Source: an uncultured Chloroflexia bacterium
Lineage (GTDB): Bacteria > Chloroflexota > Limnocylindria > Limnocylindrales > CSP1-4
Length of the DNA stretch: 64,000 bases
Assembly: GCA_963833225.1 (NCBI GenBank)
Contig: CAWHXD010000019.1
Coordinates: forward strand, 288,001-352,000
Direction: 5' to 3'
A program made the position numbers and the translations under genes. Of this stretch, positions 17,081-28,233 are shown one piece after another. Position 1 is the stretch's first letter. Every line of letters begins with the position of its first letter. A model generated the notes under the pieces. The model saw only the letters and a list, made by a program, of their open reading frames with translations. It searched no databases and had not been told where the DNA came from.

Positions 17081-19037
17081 CCACCGGCCGCCACACGGGA
17101 CGGAGCCACGTCGCGAGCAGGATCGCGGCAAAGCCGCCGTAGGTGATGATGACGGCGTAGCCAACGCCCTCCAGCCCTGCCCGCGGCAGCAACCACTGGA
17201 TCAGGGTCAGCAGGGTGATGGCGATCGCCCCCTGGACAAGGACGATTCGTCCGGCCTGCGTCCCGATCCTCGCGAAGGCGATGTACAGGTTGATGACCGC
17301 GAACGGGATCGCCGAGAGCGCGAGCAGGCGGAGCAGCAGCGTCTCTTCGGCATAGGACGGACCGAACAGCCCGAGGACGATCGGCGCGCCAACCACGAGC
17401 ACGGCGACGATCGGGAGCAGCACCCGCAGCATCGCCGCCAGCATCCTGCGGCCCTGCGCCCCAAACGTCGCCGGATCGCGGGCGGTGTCGACCACGAGAG
17501 AGGTCAGCATCTGGGACGGGATCAGCTGGATCGAGATCGTGATGACCCACACGATGTAGAAGCGGGCGCTGGCCTCTGCACCCGCCTGGTTGAGCACGAT
17601 GACCGGGACCAGCGAGGTGAAGGCCAGGGCGAACAAGGAGCCCGCATAGTCGCCCGCCGCGTAGCGGACGATGCGCGCGCCGGAGGGCAGGTTGACGGCC
17701 GGTCGTCGCCGGGCCAGCTGGTTGGGCAGGAGTCGCACCGCGGTGATCACGCTGATGACCGCGACGGCCGCGGCGATCGGCGCCACCCATGACGCGACGA
17801 TCGCGACCCCCCCGCCCACCGCGGCGAGCGCGAAGCCAACCGCGAGAAGGATCTTGCTCACGGAGAAGGTCGCGTTCTCGACGGCCAGCAGGACCGTCGC
17901 GCGGAACCCGATCAGGGCCCCATCCTGGAGGGCGAACTGGGTCCATAACGCGGCCGCGATGGCGAACCCCACGACGGCGAGCGGCTGCGCCCGGACCTCG
18001 AGGATGGGTCCATCGCTGATCCACAGCGGCCCGGCGGCAAGGTACCCGACGGCCAGCAGCAACGATGCCGCGGCCGCTGCCGCGTAGGCCGCAGCCAGCA
18101 ACCGTCCCGTGCGCCATCCGGCAACGGGCACGAAACGGGCGAGGACCGGCCGCAGGTTGAGCTGGGAGGCGCCGGCAACGAACGTGATCGAGGCGATGAT
18201 CGTCGCGTTGCGTCCGACCTCCGCCTGCGGGTACAGGCGGGCGACCAGCAGCCAGTAGAGGACGCCCAGCCCCGACGTGATCGCGGTGTTGGCGAGCAGG
18301 ACGTAGGCATGCCAGAACAGGGGATCGCGCACGTGGGCGAGGATCTCGCCACGGCCCCGGCGGATCGACCCGGCGAGCACGGTCCGGGAGCCGGCCGACG
18401 CGGGCGCCTCGGTTGCCGCCGCATCGGGCTGCGATCCGTTCCCTGGTCCCGTGGCGCCGTCGTCGGCAAGGCTCGCGACGAACGCCTCGACATCCGCCTC
18501 CGACCGGCAGTGGACCAGCCGTTCCGGGCTCCCGCGGAGCAGGGCCTCGAGGTCGTCGGTGCTCGAGGAACCGCCGGCGTTGCGCATGGCGACCCGCCCG
18601 GTCCTCGCCACCCGGAGCAGGGTCCGCCCCAGGTCGCCGAGATGGCGGACATAGGCCCGGAACCTGAAGACCCCTCGCCACCCTCGATGTCGCGCCTCGG
18701 ACCAGGCGCCCGAGATGAAGCGCTTCGCGATGCGCCCGGCGGCGCCACTGCGACCGACCGTGTCCAGCCAGACGACTCGATCTGCCGCCTCCAGCAGGGC
18801 CGACGTCCAGCCGGCATGCAGCCCCTCCGTGACCCAGGCCGGTGAGGCGGCGATGGCCGCGGCGATCGCGCGCAACGCCTCCGGTGGCCGTTCCAGCCCG
18901 GTCTCAGGGTCGACGGCCAGGTCGTCGAGATGATGGATGGGACCGCGCGTCAGGTCGCCGATTCGCCGGGCGAGGGTCGTCTTGCCCGCACCCTGATCAC
19001 CGATGACATGGATTCGTCGCGGTCGGTCGGCCGTCAC
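17061..19037 (-). CDS. Fusion: FlaR/adenylate-kinase-like P-loop domain + Wzx-type polysaccharide flippase
   Basis: N-terminal RIHVIGDQGAGKTTLARR..HHLDDL..WVTEG..ADRVVWLD; C-terminal multi-TM MOP exporter pattern LG.LYWLLVARLYP.AEVG..ARFYI.W. Confidence 0.8.
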   Translation of the reverse strand: MTADRPRRIHVIGDQGAGKTTLARRIGDLTRGPIHHLDDLAVDPETGLERPPEALRAIAAAIAASPAWVTEGLHAGWTSALLEAADRVVWLDTVGRSGAAGRIAKRFISGAWSEARHRGWRGVFRFRAYVRHLGDLGRTLLRVARTGRVAMRNAGGSSSTDDLEALLRGSPERLVHCRSEADVEAFVASLADDGATGPGNGSQPDAAATEAPASAGSRTVLAGSIRRGRGEILAHVRDPLFWHAYVLLANTAITSGLGVLYWLLVARLYPQAEVGRNATIIASITFVAGASQLNLRPVLARFVPVAGWRTGRLLAAAYAAAAAASLLLAVGYLAAGPLWISDGPILEVRAQPLAVVGFAIAAALWTQFALQDGALIGFRATVLLAVENATFSVSKILLAVGFALAAVGGGVAIVASWVAPIAAAVAVISVITAVRLLPNQLARRRPAVNLPSGARIVRYAAGDYAGSLFALAFTSLVPVIVLNQAGAEASARFYIVWVITISIQLIPSQMLTSLVVDTARDPATFGAQGRRMLAAMLRVLLPIVAVLVVGAPIVLGLFGPSYAEETLLLRLLALSAIPFAVINLYIAFARIGTQAGRIVLVQGAIAITLLTLIQWLLPRAGLEGVGYAVIITYGGFAAILLATWLRPVWRPVVSPGTR

Positions 19038-20308
19038 GCACCGCTCCCCGGCGCGAGGTCGCGGTACAGCGCCGCGAAGCGGCCCGCGACGGTGGTCGCG
19101 TCGTACCGGCGGACGTCGAGTCGGGCACGTTCGCCGAGGGCGGCTCGCAGGGCCTCATCGTCGACCAGGCGCTGCATCGCGGTCGCGAGCGCTTCGACGT
19201 CGCCGGGCGGCACGAGGAGGCCCGTCACACCGTCCTGGACCATGTCCGGGATGCCGCCCACGTCAGTTCCGATCACGGCCTTGCCGCGGCTCATCGCCTC
19301 GCGGACCACGCCCGGGAGGGGGTCCGGCCATATCGAGGGCACGACTCCGAACAGGCATTGGCTCCAGGCCGCCATCACCTCGGCATGGGGGACGTCGACG
19401 AGGACGGTGACGTCGTCCGGCAGCGGCGGCGTGTCCGGCCACCGCGTCCCGATGATGACGAGGGGCGGCGGCGATGCGAGCAGCCGGTAGGCCGCCAGGA
19501 GCGGTGACAGCCCCTTGTGCGGCTGCAGGGCGCCGACGAACAGGATGAACGGCACGCCCGGCAGCTGCCGGGGTCCGGGGCCGGCCGTGGCTGACGCTGC
19601 CTCGGGGACGATGTCCGCGATCACGGCCACCCGGCCGTCATCGTCCTGGGTGGCGGGGCTCGAAGACGGGGAGCTCGCGTGTCGTGGGCGCGAGCGGAGC
19701 ACGTCCCGACGCACCGCCGTCGCGACGTACCGGCTCACGACGTGGGCAACCCGGGTGCGCGTCGCGAGCCAGCGGCGCAGGCCGAGTACTCCGAGCACGG
19801 ACACGATGCCCTTGGCAGGCCCGTAGGTGCGAGAGGCATGGCGCAGGCACTTCCCCAGGGCCGGTCCCTCGCAGATTCGCCCGTCGATCAACAGGCTGCG
19901 TGTCGCACAGGCGTAGCCGTAGTCGCGCACGGAGAGGACCATCGGAATCCCGGTCCCGGCCAGGGCCAACGCGGCCGTGTACGCGGACCATCCGTGCACC
20001 TGGACGACATCCGGCCGGAACGAGCGGATGAGCCGTCGCAGGCCAATCGCGAGCCATGGATCCGGGAGTGGCGGCAGGTATCGACGCGTCGGCGATCCCG
20101 AGAACCAGGGGACCGAGGTGAACACGCCCGGAATGCGCGTCACGCCGATGTCGCCGTCCTGGTCCGATCTGGGCAGACCCGGCTGGCTCACCGTCGCCAC
20201 ACGCACCGAGGCGCCGCCGGCGGCCAGGGCGTGGGCGAGCGCCCTCACCTGCAGCTCGACACCGCCGACATGCGGCGGGTAGAAATCGGCGAGCAGGAGC
20301 ACCCGCAC
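19034..20308 (-). CDS. Glycosyltransferase family 4
   Basis: DFYPPHVGGVE, FVGAL.PHKG, VPSIWPDPLPGVVREAM..G..VGGIPD. Confidence 0.9.
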   Translation of the reverse strand: MRVLLLADFYPPHVGGVELQVRALAHALAAGGASVRVATVSQPGLPRSDQDGDIGVTRIPGVFTSVPWFSGSPTRRYLPPLPDPWLAIGLRRLIRSFRPDVVQVHGWSAYTAALALAGTGIPMVLSVRDYGYACATRSLLIDGRICEGPALGKCLRHASRTYGPAKGIVSVLGVLGLRRWLATRTRVAHVVSRYVATAVRRDVLRSRPRHASSPSSSPATQDDDGRVAVIADIVPEAASATAGPGPRQLPGVPFILFVGALQPHKGLSPLLAAYRLLASPPPLVIIGTRWPDTPPLPDDVTVLVDVPHAEVMAAWSQCLFGVVPSIWPDPLPGVVREAMSRGKAVIGTDVGGIPDMVQDGVTGLLVPPGDVEALATAMQRLVDDEALRAALGERARLDVRRYDATTVAGRFAALYRDLAPGSGA

Positions 20309-20311
20309 CGT

Positions 20312-21046
20312 TCAGTCCGCGCCGGCCAGCCGGACCTCGCGCAGGGGCGTCCCGCGCACGGCGTCCAGGAGCGCGACATCGACCTCGCCGGCGCCGGGGG
20401 CGCGCTGCAACGTGGCCGTCCATCGCTGGCCGGGTGCCAGCGTGACCGGTTCATCAAGCACCACGCCACCGTCACCGGTGACGACGACTCGCCAGGATTC
20501 GGAGGTGGCCCCGATGTTGGCCGCCCCGACCTGCGCGTTCGTTCCGTTGGGGACGATCCACAGCTGGGCGCCGTCCGCCAGGGTCTGGACCGCGCCGGCA
20601 CGGGCGATGACCAGCGCGCCTGTCACCAGCGTGAGCCCGATCAGCAGCAGCACGGCCTCGTCGTACCCGATCGAGTACCGGTCGATCAGGCCAGCGAGCA
20701 TGCGGCCGATGGGACGCTCGCGACGTGTCTTCCAGGTGGCCCCGGCGACCCCCAGGACGGCAACCAGGATGAGGATCGGGCCGAGCCACGCCAGGCCCAG
20801 GGGCGTGCGGTCGAGCAGCAGACCGAGGCCGATCGCGACGGTGATCCCAAGGCCCGTCGCGAGCACGGCCGACGACGCGAGGCTGAGGCGATCGTCGCCC
20901 GTGAGGGCGCGGGTCACGAGGATGCCGGGACCGATCACGGCGATGACGAACACCAGCACCGAGGCCATGAGGCCCAGGCCCCCGACGACGGCGATCGTGA
21001 GGCCGATCCCGATCAGCTGGGAACCGATGACGACGGCCGCCCTCAT
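20312..21046 (-). CDS. Membrane protein, DUF1616-like
   Basis: 4-5 TM helices followed by a small soluble beta domain (QLWIVP..VTLAPGQRW..PLREVRL); ATGA overlap with the upstream gene. Confidence 0.55.
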   Translation of the reverse strand: MRAAVVIGSQLIGIGLTIAVVGGLGLMASVLVFVIAVIGPGILVTRALTGDDRLSLASSAVLATGLGITVAIGLGLLLDRTPLGLAWLGPILILVAVLGVAGATWKTRRERPIGRMLAGLIDRYSIGYDEAVLLLIGLTLVTGALVIARAGAVQTLADGAQLWIVPNGTNAQVGAANIGATSESWRVVVTGDGGVVLDEPVTLAPGQRWTATLQRAPGAGEVDVALLDAVRGTPLREVRLAGAD

Positions 21047-23245
21047 CCGCCCGTCTCCCACAACCCGCGCACGTCGTAGATCCGGATCGGACCAGCGTCA
21101 AGGACCACGCTCACCCCGGGTTGAGCCGCCCATTTCGTCAGCCCGTCCAGCCGTCAGGCCCTTGTCCGCGAGGTCGGTCGGTTCGCCCGCCTCGAAGAAC
21201 GACCTGGTGAACGGATCCACGCCGACCAGTCGGAGGTCGACGACCAGGTAGTCGATGTGTCCGGCCGCAAGGATGTCCAGCGCCTTGGTGTCCACGACCG
21301 GTTCGGTGAACAGGCGCCACGTGGAGAGCCCGTCCCTGAACACGGTGACGGCGTCCTGCCGGCCATAGCTGCCCATGAGGATCCGGTTGATCCGGTCGGC
21401 GACGATCCGGTTGTCGGGGCCGAGGTGGTCGAGTGCCCACACGGCCGCCAGCTTTCCGTTGGGCTCGATCGACCGTGGGTCCGCGGAGGCAAGATAGGGC
21501 CCGGGCTGCCGGGCCCAGGCCGGCGTGCCGATGACGACGCTGCCGCCCAGCAGGACCAGGAATGCCAGCACGCCCGCGGCGTTGAGCCATCGCAGCCGCT
21601 GGGGAGACAGCGCGGCATGGATGGTCGGGGCGACACGGCGGAGCGGTGCCCGCCAGTCGGCGATGACCACGAGACCGGCGAGCAGCCCGACACCGAGGAA
21701 CACGAACTCCGGGGTGCGGGTGGCTTCCTCGGAGCCGCGCTGGCTCAGGCGGAGGAGGAGGGTCACCGGATAGGTGGCCGCCACGAGCCCGAGGGTGACC
21801 GCCAGCGGCACTCGTCGGAACGCGCGCCACAGGCGCCACAGCCCGAGTGGCAGCACTGCGAGCACGATCAGGACGCTCGCGTAGGCAAGGAACCGTTCCC
21901 AGGGGGCGGCGAGACCACTGGGCGGCCCGGCGAACAGCTCCCGCACCTGTGTCTGGCCGGTGAGCAGCCCGATCAGCTCGAGCGCGTCGGCGAAGCGGGG
22001 CCCCAGGTACGGGATCGTCTCGCTGGCGACGAAGATGATCCAGCCGGCGATGAACGCGATCATGGCCACGAACAGCGTTGCCGGCGCACGCCACGAGGAC
22101 CTGGGCATGCCGCGCATCCTGGTGATCAGGGCCCAGCCACCCAGGATCCCGGTGAGCACGTAGGCGGTCAGGTGATGGCTGACCACGACCCCGAACCCGA
22201 CGACAGCCGTGGCGATCAGGCCTCGCCAGCGCGAGCCATACGAGGATGCGAGCCCGAGCACGAGCACCGTCAGGGCGATCCCCAGCGACTCGTAGCTGAA
22301 CTGCGCGTTGAAGTAGAGGAACTGCGGGTTCGCCGCGTACACGAGCACGCCGACGCCGGCGGCCCGGTGGCTGGTCGTGAGCCGCTCGTACAGCAGGAAC
22401 AGCCCGACCACCACGATCAGGCGGGCCGCGCCGACGATCACCAGGCCGGCGTCGTACACGCTGGCCCCGGTGACGCTGGAGACGACGGACGTCAGGATCT
22501 CCAGGCCGGGGTACAGCGGGCTTGCGGGCAGGAGGGAGTTGTCCCCGAACAGGCGTCCCGTGCGCAGGATGTCCTCCGCCGTCCGCAGGTGCAGGAGCTC
22601 GTCGTAGAAGGTGAACTGCAACGGGTCGTGGATCACCTTCACGAGGTAGAACGCGATTCCCAGGATCGACACCAGCCACAGGCGCTCGCGGCGCGACGTG
22701 CCCTCGCCCAGGAGCCGGACGGCGATCGGTGCCCCGATCACCGCGAGGCCTGCCCAGAAGAGCGGCACGGCGAGGGCCCCTGACGATCGGGCCATCCCGT
22801 CTCCGAGCGCGACGAGCAGCAGCCCCAGGCCCACGAGCACCAGCACCTCGGGCGTTCTTCCGAGGGTGGGCTTCGCGATGTCGCGCCCGGTGGTCCCGGC
22901 GGTGTCGGCATCGGACTCGTACGGAGGGATGGCCACGCGATCGATGTCGTCGGAACGCCGGGTGGCGGAGGCGGCGGCGATGTCTGTGGCGGGCCCGATC
23001 CCCGGCGGCGTTGCGCCCTCGGCCCCGGTGGTCCGCGCGCGTCGCTGGCGGGGGGGCTTCGGCGTGGACGCCTCGGCGACCTCGGGGTCCGCATCTCGCC
23101 CGGCAGCGCTCGAGATCGGGCCGGGCAGCTGGCCGGCCTCAACCTGTGGGTCGCCGGACCCCTTCGCCCGGACGCGTCGCCGGGGTCTGGGGGCGGGATC
23201 GCCGGGCACGTCGGCAGGCTCGGGACCCTGGGTCGGATCGGTCAT
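21043..23245 (-). CDS. Polytopic membrane protein, GT-C-like or polymerase-like; +1 frameshift near 21151
   Basis: Many TM helices, FYDELLH acidic loop, YPGLE, SHHLT; the shifted frame gives LTKWAAQPGVSVVLDAGPIRIYDVRGL ending in ATGA coupling with the next gene. Confidence 0.65.
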
Positions 23246-24411
23246 GCCGGCTCGTCATCGCGCGCGGTCGCCGGTACCATGCGGCCGCGCTTCGCCAGCA
23301 CGGCCCGGTACACGTCCAGCGTCGCACTCACCACCTCGCCCCAGCCGCGCAACCGAGGCGGCGCGAGCCGGTCCCGGCGGCGGCCGGATGCCAGGATGGC
23401 CGCGGCGATCTCGCCGGGGGCAGCGTCGACGCTCACGAGGCGCAGCCAGTCCGCAGGCAGCTCGTGCGCCTGCTCCCTGTGGGCGGGGATGTCGCTCGCC
23501 ACGACGGCAGCACCCGCTGACACCGCTTCCAGCACCGTCAGCCCGAACGCCTCCTCCCTGGACAGCGTGACGAACGCGTCGGCTCCACGGTACCAGTGCC
23601 GGAGCTCGTCGTCGGTGATCCGACCCAGGATGCGGACGCGCTGCTCGACGCCAGCGGCCACTGCCGCGGCGCGGAGCGCGTCCTCGGCCGGCCCTGACCC
23701 GAACACGATCAGCTCGTGATCGGGCAGGTGAGCCATGGTCTCGACCACCCGGTCAACCTGCTTGTAGGTCTCGAGACGCCCACCGGCCAGCACGACTGGT
23801 CGCCCGTCGCGCGGGACATCGGCGGTCCGTGCCGGGACCGACGACGCGTCGGCTGGCGGCGAGGCATCCACGCCGTGGGGAATCACCGTGATCGGCAGCT
23901 CGGACCCGAAGTGTGCCCGGAGGAGGTCCGCTTCGGCATGCGAACAGGCGATCACGGCGTCCGCGTTGCGGACCATCCACGCACCGGCGAACCGGTACGG
24001 CCGGTGCAGCAGCGACCGCGCCGGCGTGTGTCCGGTGCCGTGGTAGTGGGGCGTCAGGACCAGGGGTCGGCCGCCGAGTCGTGCCACCGCTGCAGCCATC
24101 AGCGCCAGGGGCGTGTGGTAGGAGTGCGCGTGGAACAGGTCTGCCTCGCGGGCGTGCTGCACCAGCCAGGCACCGAGGCCCGGCGACAGGAAGAACACGT
24201 CATCGTGGACCAGGGTGCCGAAGCGGTGGACCGTGACCCCGTCGTGGACGGCAACGGGCGGAAGCGTCGCCGTCGGGTCGGTGGTGGCGATCTCGAGCTG
24301 CACTCCCCGTGATCGGAGGCCGCGTGCGAGCGCCGCCACGTGCCGCTCGACGCCACCGAGGGCCGGTGCGTAGCGGGGCGTGACCATGAGGATCCGGGCG
24401 GGCCTGGTCAC
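23242..24411 (-). CDS. Glycosyltransferase family 4
   Basis: PRYAPALGGVE, HAHSYH, GRLETYKQVD, SREEAFGLTVLEA..SDIPAHRE. Confidence 0.9.
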   Translation of the reverse strand: MTRPARILMVTPRYAPALGGVERHVAALARGLRSRGVQLEIATTDPTATLPPVAVHDGVTVHRFGTLVHDDVFFLSPGLGAWLVQHAREADLFHAHSYHTPLALMAAAVARLGGRPLVLTPHYHGTGHTPARSLLHRPYRFAGAWMVRNADAVIACSHAEADLLRAHFGSELPITVIPHGVDASPPADASSVPARTADVPRDGRPVVLAGGRLETYKQVDRVVETMAHLPDHELIVFGSGPAEDALRAAAVAAGVEQRVRILGRITDDELRHWYRGADAFVTLSREEAFGLTVLEAVSAGAAVVASDIPAHREQAHELPADWLRLVSVDAAPGEIAAAILASGRRRDRLAPPRLRGWGEVVSATLDVYRAVLAKRGRMVPATARDDEPA

Positions 24412-25676
24412 GTGACCGGCCCTCCGCGTCCCGCGTCCCCGGGGTCGGCTGTCCGACCGCGGTCCAGCCGGTCGAACAGGGCGTCATAGGCGTCGACCGT
24501 CTGGGACCACGAGTGGGGGTGGGGATACCGTTCATCGCCACGCGTCGCCAGGTCGAGGATCGCCGCCCGCAGCGCGGGGACGTCGTCTGGCGGAACCACG
24601 ATCAGGCCGCCGTAGCCTGCCGCCCCCTCGGGGTTGCCACCGACGCTGGTGATGACGACCGGGAGACCGTACCCCATCGCCACGTGGAGCGGACCGCTGA
24701 GCGATGAGCGCTTGTACGGCAGCACGACGGCATCCGCTCCGCGCAGGTAGCCATCAAGCTCGTCGTCGTGGACGTACCGGTTGACGAAGGTGATCCGATC
24801 GCGATGGCGGCTGCGGGCGATCAGGTCGGACGGGAGCGTCCAGCCCTCCCAGGTCTCACCGACGACCGTCAGCCAGTAGCGGGAAGCCTCGTCGGGCTCG
24901 AGCGAGTCGAACGCCGCGACAAGGTCCTCGAGCCCCTTGTAGGGACGGATGATCCCGAAGAACAGCAGGTTCGTCGTGCCCTGGGGTGCCTCCCGAAGGG
25001 GTGGCGCCGAGGGCGTCGTCGCTCCCCGGGCGGCGTGATCGTAGGGCCCGTGGGGGAGGACGGCGATCGGCCGGTGGCGCCCGATGCGGTAGGTCGAGCG
25101 AACCAGGTCGCGGTCGTGGGTGGAGTGGACCGCAAACGCCGAGGCGATCCCCAGGACCAGGGGGGCGATCGCGCGCACGTAGGTCTGGGCGAGGCCGATG
25201 CGCGCTTCACCCGTGTCGAGCACCTCGTGGAACTCGATCACGACCTGTTTCCTTGCCAGGCGGGCGGCGAGCGCCAGCGCCAGGTAGGTGTGCAGCACCG
25301 TCCCGGTCCACCACTGGAGCACCACGACGTCGGGTTGCCGGCGTGCCAGGAACCAGAGGGCGCGCAGGAGGCTCGGCATCCAGTACCAGTTGACGCCGTC
25401 GAACTGATCCACCTGGGGCGAGACGCGCACGCCCGCCAGCGGCTGGCCCACCCGATCTCGTCCCGGATACAGACGCCGTGGCAACAGGTCGCGCATGGTC
25501 ACGATGCTGACCACGTGACGCTCGGCGAGGGCATTGGCAAGGTGGATCGTGTAGACGCTGATCCCACTGAGGTATCGCGTCCCGGACCCGACCACGCACA
25601 CGCGCACGGGTGCCGGCTCGCGTGTGCCGCTGTCGGACGCGGTCATGTCCGGCGCGCGGCTGGTTGACGGATTCAA
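24408..25676 (-). CDS. Glycosyltransferase family 4
   Basis: LSGISVYT, LQWWT, LFFGIIRPYKGLEDL, DAVVLPY.RSSLSG; start may be the ATG at 25646. Confidence 0.88.
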   Translation of the reverse strand: MNPSTSRAPDMTASDSGTREPAPVRVCVVGSGTRYLSGISVYTIHLANALAERHVVSIVTMRDLLPRRLYPGRDRVGQPLAGVRVSPQVDQFDGVNWYWMPSLLRALWFLARRQPDVVVLQWWTGTVLHTYLALALAARLARKQVVIEFHEVLDTGEARIGLAQTYVRAIAPLVLGIASAFAVHSTHDRDLVRSTYRIGRHRPIAVLPHGPYDHAARGATTPSAPPLREAPQGTTNLLFFGIIRPYKGLEDLVAAFDSLEPDEASRYWLTVVGETWEGWTLPSDLIARSRHRDRITFVNRYVHDDELDGYLRGADAVVLPYKRSSLSGPLHVAMGYGLPVVITSVGGNPEGAAGYGGLIVVPPDDVPALRAAILDLATRGDERYPHPHSWSQTVDAYDALFDRLDRGRTADPGDAGRGGPVT

Positions 25677-26103
25677 CGGCGTTTCACTGGCGCGTTCTCG
25701 CTCCCATCAGGTGCCGATAAGCGGGCGCTAAGCCGCAGGCAGGCGGCACCACGCATCATCGGGCATCTCGTCGGCGATCGCACTCTCATGGGCCCAAGTG
25801 GTGACCGCGGACACCGCCGTTCTTCGAGCGTCCGACACGGCCCCGGCAATTCGAGCACGGACCGCGTTTTCCGTACGGGGGACGACCGGACTATCTCGTT
25901 ACACCGCTGGTTCGTGCTCCAGGCGCAGGCTCGCTATACGAGCAGTTCCGCCCCTCACACGAGTTCGTGAGTCCCAAGTCGCCCCGCGCCAGACGCGGGC
26001 GGTCCGAGGGCCGGACGGCACACGCAACTGGAGCAACCCGGTGACCTTCACACGACGACGCACAGGTCGGCAGCCCGACCGACGAAACGGACGAACTGGC
26101 GCA

Positions 26104-28209
26104 ATGCAGCGTCGATCAGCGTGGAGCCTGCTGGTGCTCTCGCTGCTCGTCATGGCGCTCGTGGTGCCGGCAGCCGCCCTGGCGAAGTCGACACCGACGC
26201 GTAGCCGGGTCCCGGACGCCCAGCCGGCGAGGACGCCGCAGCTTGCGGTCAAGCCCGGGACGGCCGAGACCGGAAGCTCAGTCACGGTCGCGGGATCGCA
26301 ATTCCCGTTTGCCCAGGCAGGGCTGCTCGTGGTTGATGGGCGTCGGGGCCAGGCGGTGGCCTACAAGGTCAATCGCCGGGGAGCGTTCCGGGTCAAGCTC
26401 ACTATCCCCGGGTCTGCGGGCCCGGGCAAGGTGGAGGTGGTGGCCGTTGTGACCGTCGACGGCGTCGACGCTGATATCGCGGTCGTGTCCTTGATGGTCA
26501 CGCCCGGCCCGACGCCCTCACCCACGCCACGGCCGACGCCCTCACCCACGCCACGGCCAACGGCCACGCCCACGCCACGGCCAACAGCCACGCCTTCCCC
26601 GCTGCCGACGCCCCCGACCCCCCCGCCGCCGACGCCCTCGGCAACCCCCACGCCGACGCCTGCGCCAACGGCCACACCCACCCCCTCGCCCACGGCGACA
26701 CCCACGGCGACACCCACGCCCACGCCCACGGCGACGCCTTCCCCGCTGCCGACGCCCCCGACGCCGTCCGCGACGCCGTCGCCATCCCTCGCGCCGTCGC
26801 CCACGCCCTCGCCGACGGCGTCACCCTCCCCCACGCCCTCCCCCACGCCATCGCCGAGCGAAGACCCGACACCCTCGCCCAGCGCGACGCCCGTCTCGGG
26901 GGCCTACTACGTGACGACCAGCGGATCCGACTCGGCGAGCGGATCGGCTGCGGCTCCGTGGCGAACACTCCAGAAGGCCGCCGACAGCGTGCCCGCGGGC
27001 GGCACGGTGTACGTTCGCGCGGGGACCTACACGGGGTTCAGCACGTCGCGGTCTGGTGCATCGAGCAGCTCTCCGACCCGCTTCCTCGCCTACCCGGGCG
27101 ACGCCCGTCCCGTGATCGCGGGTAACGGCCGTCTCGACGTGGTCAAGTTCAACGCCAACCACGACCTGGTGATCCAGGGCTTCGTGATCCAGGGGGCGGC
27201 CGGTGGCACGGGCTCGGGCGCCGGGATCCGGACCGAGAACGGCGCCAGCCGGATCACGATCCGCGACAACGTCATCCAGGACAACCGCTCCTACGGTGTG
27301 AACCTGTGCAGCTCCTCGAGCATCACGGTCGAGGACAACGAGATCACCCGCAACGAGGAGGGCGTCCAGGTGTCCCGTGGCGGAGCGGGCATCGTGATCA
27401 CGAACAACCGGATCCACCACCAGGACAAGCTGGTCGTCAACACCGCATCGCCCACGGGCGATGACCACGGTGCCGTCGGGATCTCCCTGGTGCGGACGAC
27501 CGGAGCGGTGAGCGTCACCAACAACCTGCTGTGGGGCAACCGCGCGGCCAGCTACGACTACGGCTGGGACGGCGGGGCGTTCGAGATCTACAGCGCCAGC
27601 TACGTGACGATCGCCTACAACACGACGTGGGACAACGAGAACGTCATCGAGACCGGCGGCGACGGCACGATGGGCTGCACCGCCAACTCCTTCCACCACA
27701 ACACGAGCTATGGGGCGGTGACGCAGGGTCGGTCATTCGGCATGTTCCTGCGCTGCGGAGCCGACATGGTGATCGCCCACAACGTGCTCTACAACCTCGA
27801 TGGCTTTGCGTTCAGCGTCGACGCATCCGGGTCGGGCTACGGTGACTCGATCGCCGGGCTGCGCATCCAGGACAACGTCGCCGTGATGGCCACCGGCAAG
27901 GTCATCGGCATCGAGAGCTCCCTGCCGGCCTCCGTCATCATCGACAACAACCTGTTCTGGAACAGCTCTGGCGGCTACATCGCGAGCGTGACCGGCAAGG
28001 GCTCGACATCCAGCCTGGCGACCTTCACCTCGTGGACAGGTCGCATGGGGTCCGGGATCAGCTCGGATCCGAAGTTCATGAGCGGCTCCGGTGGCGACTT
28101 CCGCCTGCGGGCCACGTCGCCGGCGATCGACACGGGAGTCATGGTCCTGCCCGGCACGCCATACTCCGGCGCCGCGCCGGACATGGGACGGTACGAGACC
28201 ACACCCTGA
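26104..28209 (+). CDS. Secreted beta-helix protein with long Pro/Thr/Ser linker
   Basis: Signal peptide, small beta domain, PT-rich linker, [53 protein letters not shown]. Confidence 0.82.
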   Translation: MQRRSAWSLLVLSLLVMALVVPAAALAKSTPTRSRVPDAQPARTPQLAVKPGTAETGSSVTVAGSQFPFAQAGLLVVDGRRGQAVAYKVNRRGAFRVKLTIPGSAGPGKVEVVAVVTVDGVDADIAVVSLMVTPGPTPSPTPRPTPSPTPRPTATPTPRPTATPSPLPTPPTPPPPTPSATPTPTPAPTATPTPSPTATPTATPTPTPTATPSPLPTPPTPSATPSPSLAPSPTPSPTASPSPTPSPTPSPSEDPTPSPSATPVSGAYYVTTSGSDSASGSAAAPWRTLQKAADSVPAGGTVYVRAGTYTGFSTSRSGASSSSPTRFLAYPGDARPVIAGNGRLDVVKFNANHDLVIQGFVIQGAAGGTGSGAGIRTENGASRITIRDNVIQDNRSYGVNLCSSSSITVEDNEITRNEEGVQVSRGGAGIVITNNRIHHQDKLVVNTASPTGDDHGAVGISLVRTTGAVSVTNNLLWGNRAASYDYGWDGGAFEIYSASYVTIAYNTTWDNENVIETGGDGTMGCTANSFHHNTSYGAVTQGRSFGMFLRCGADMVIAHNVLYNLDGFAFSVDASGSGYGDSIAGLRIQDNVAVMATGKVIGIESSLPASVIIDNNLFWNSSGGYIASVTGKGSTSSLATFTSWTGRMGSGISSDPKFMSGSGGDFRLRATSPAIDTGVMVLPGTPYSGAAPDMGRYETTP
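26500..26890 (+). repeat. Low-complexity (PT/PS)n linker-encoding repeats
   Basis: Reiterated ACGCCC/CCCACG/CCCTCG units encoding [12 protein letters not shown]. Confidence 0.85.
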
Positions 28210-28233
28210 TCGGAGGGCCGCTGGCCCGCCCTG

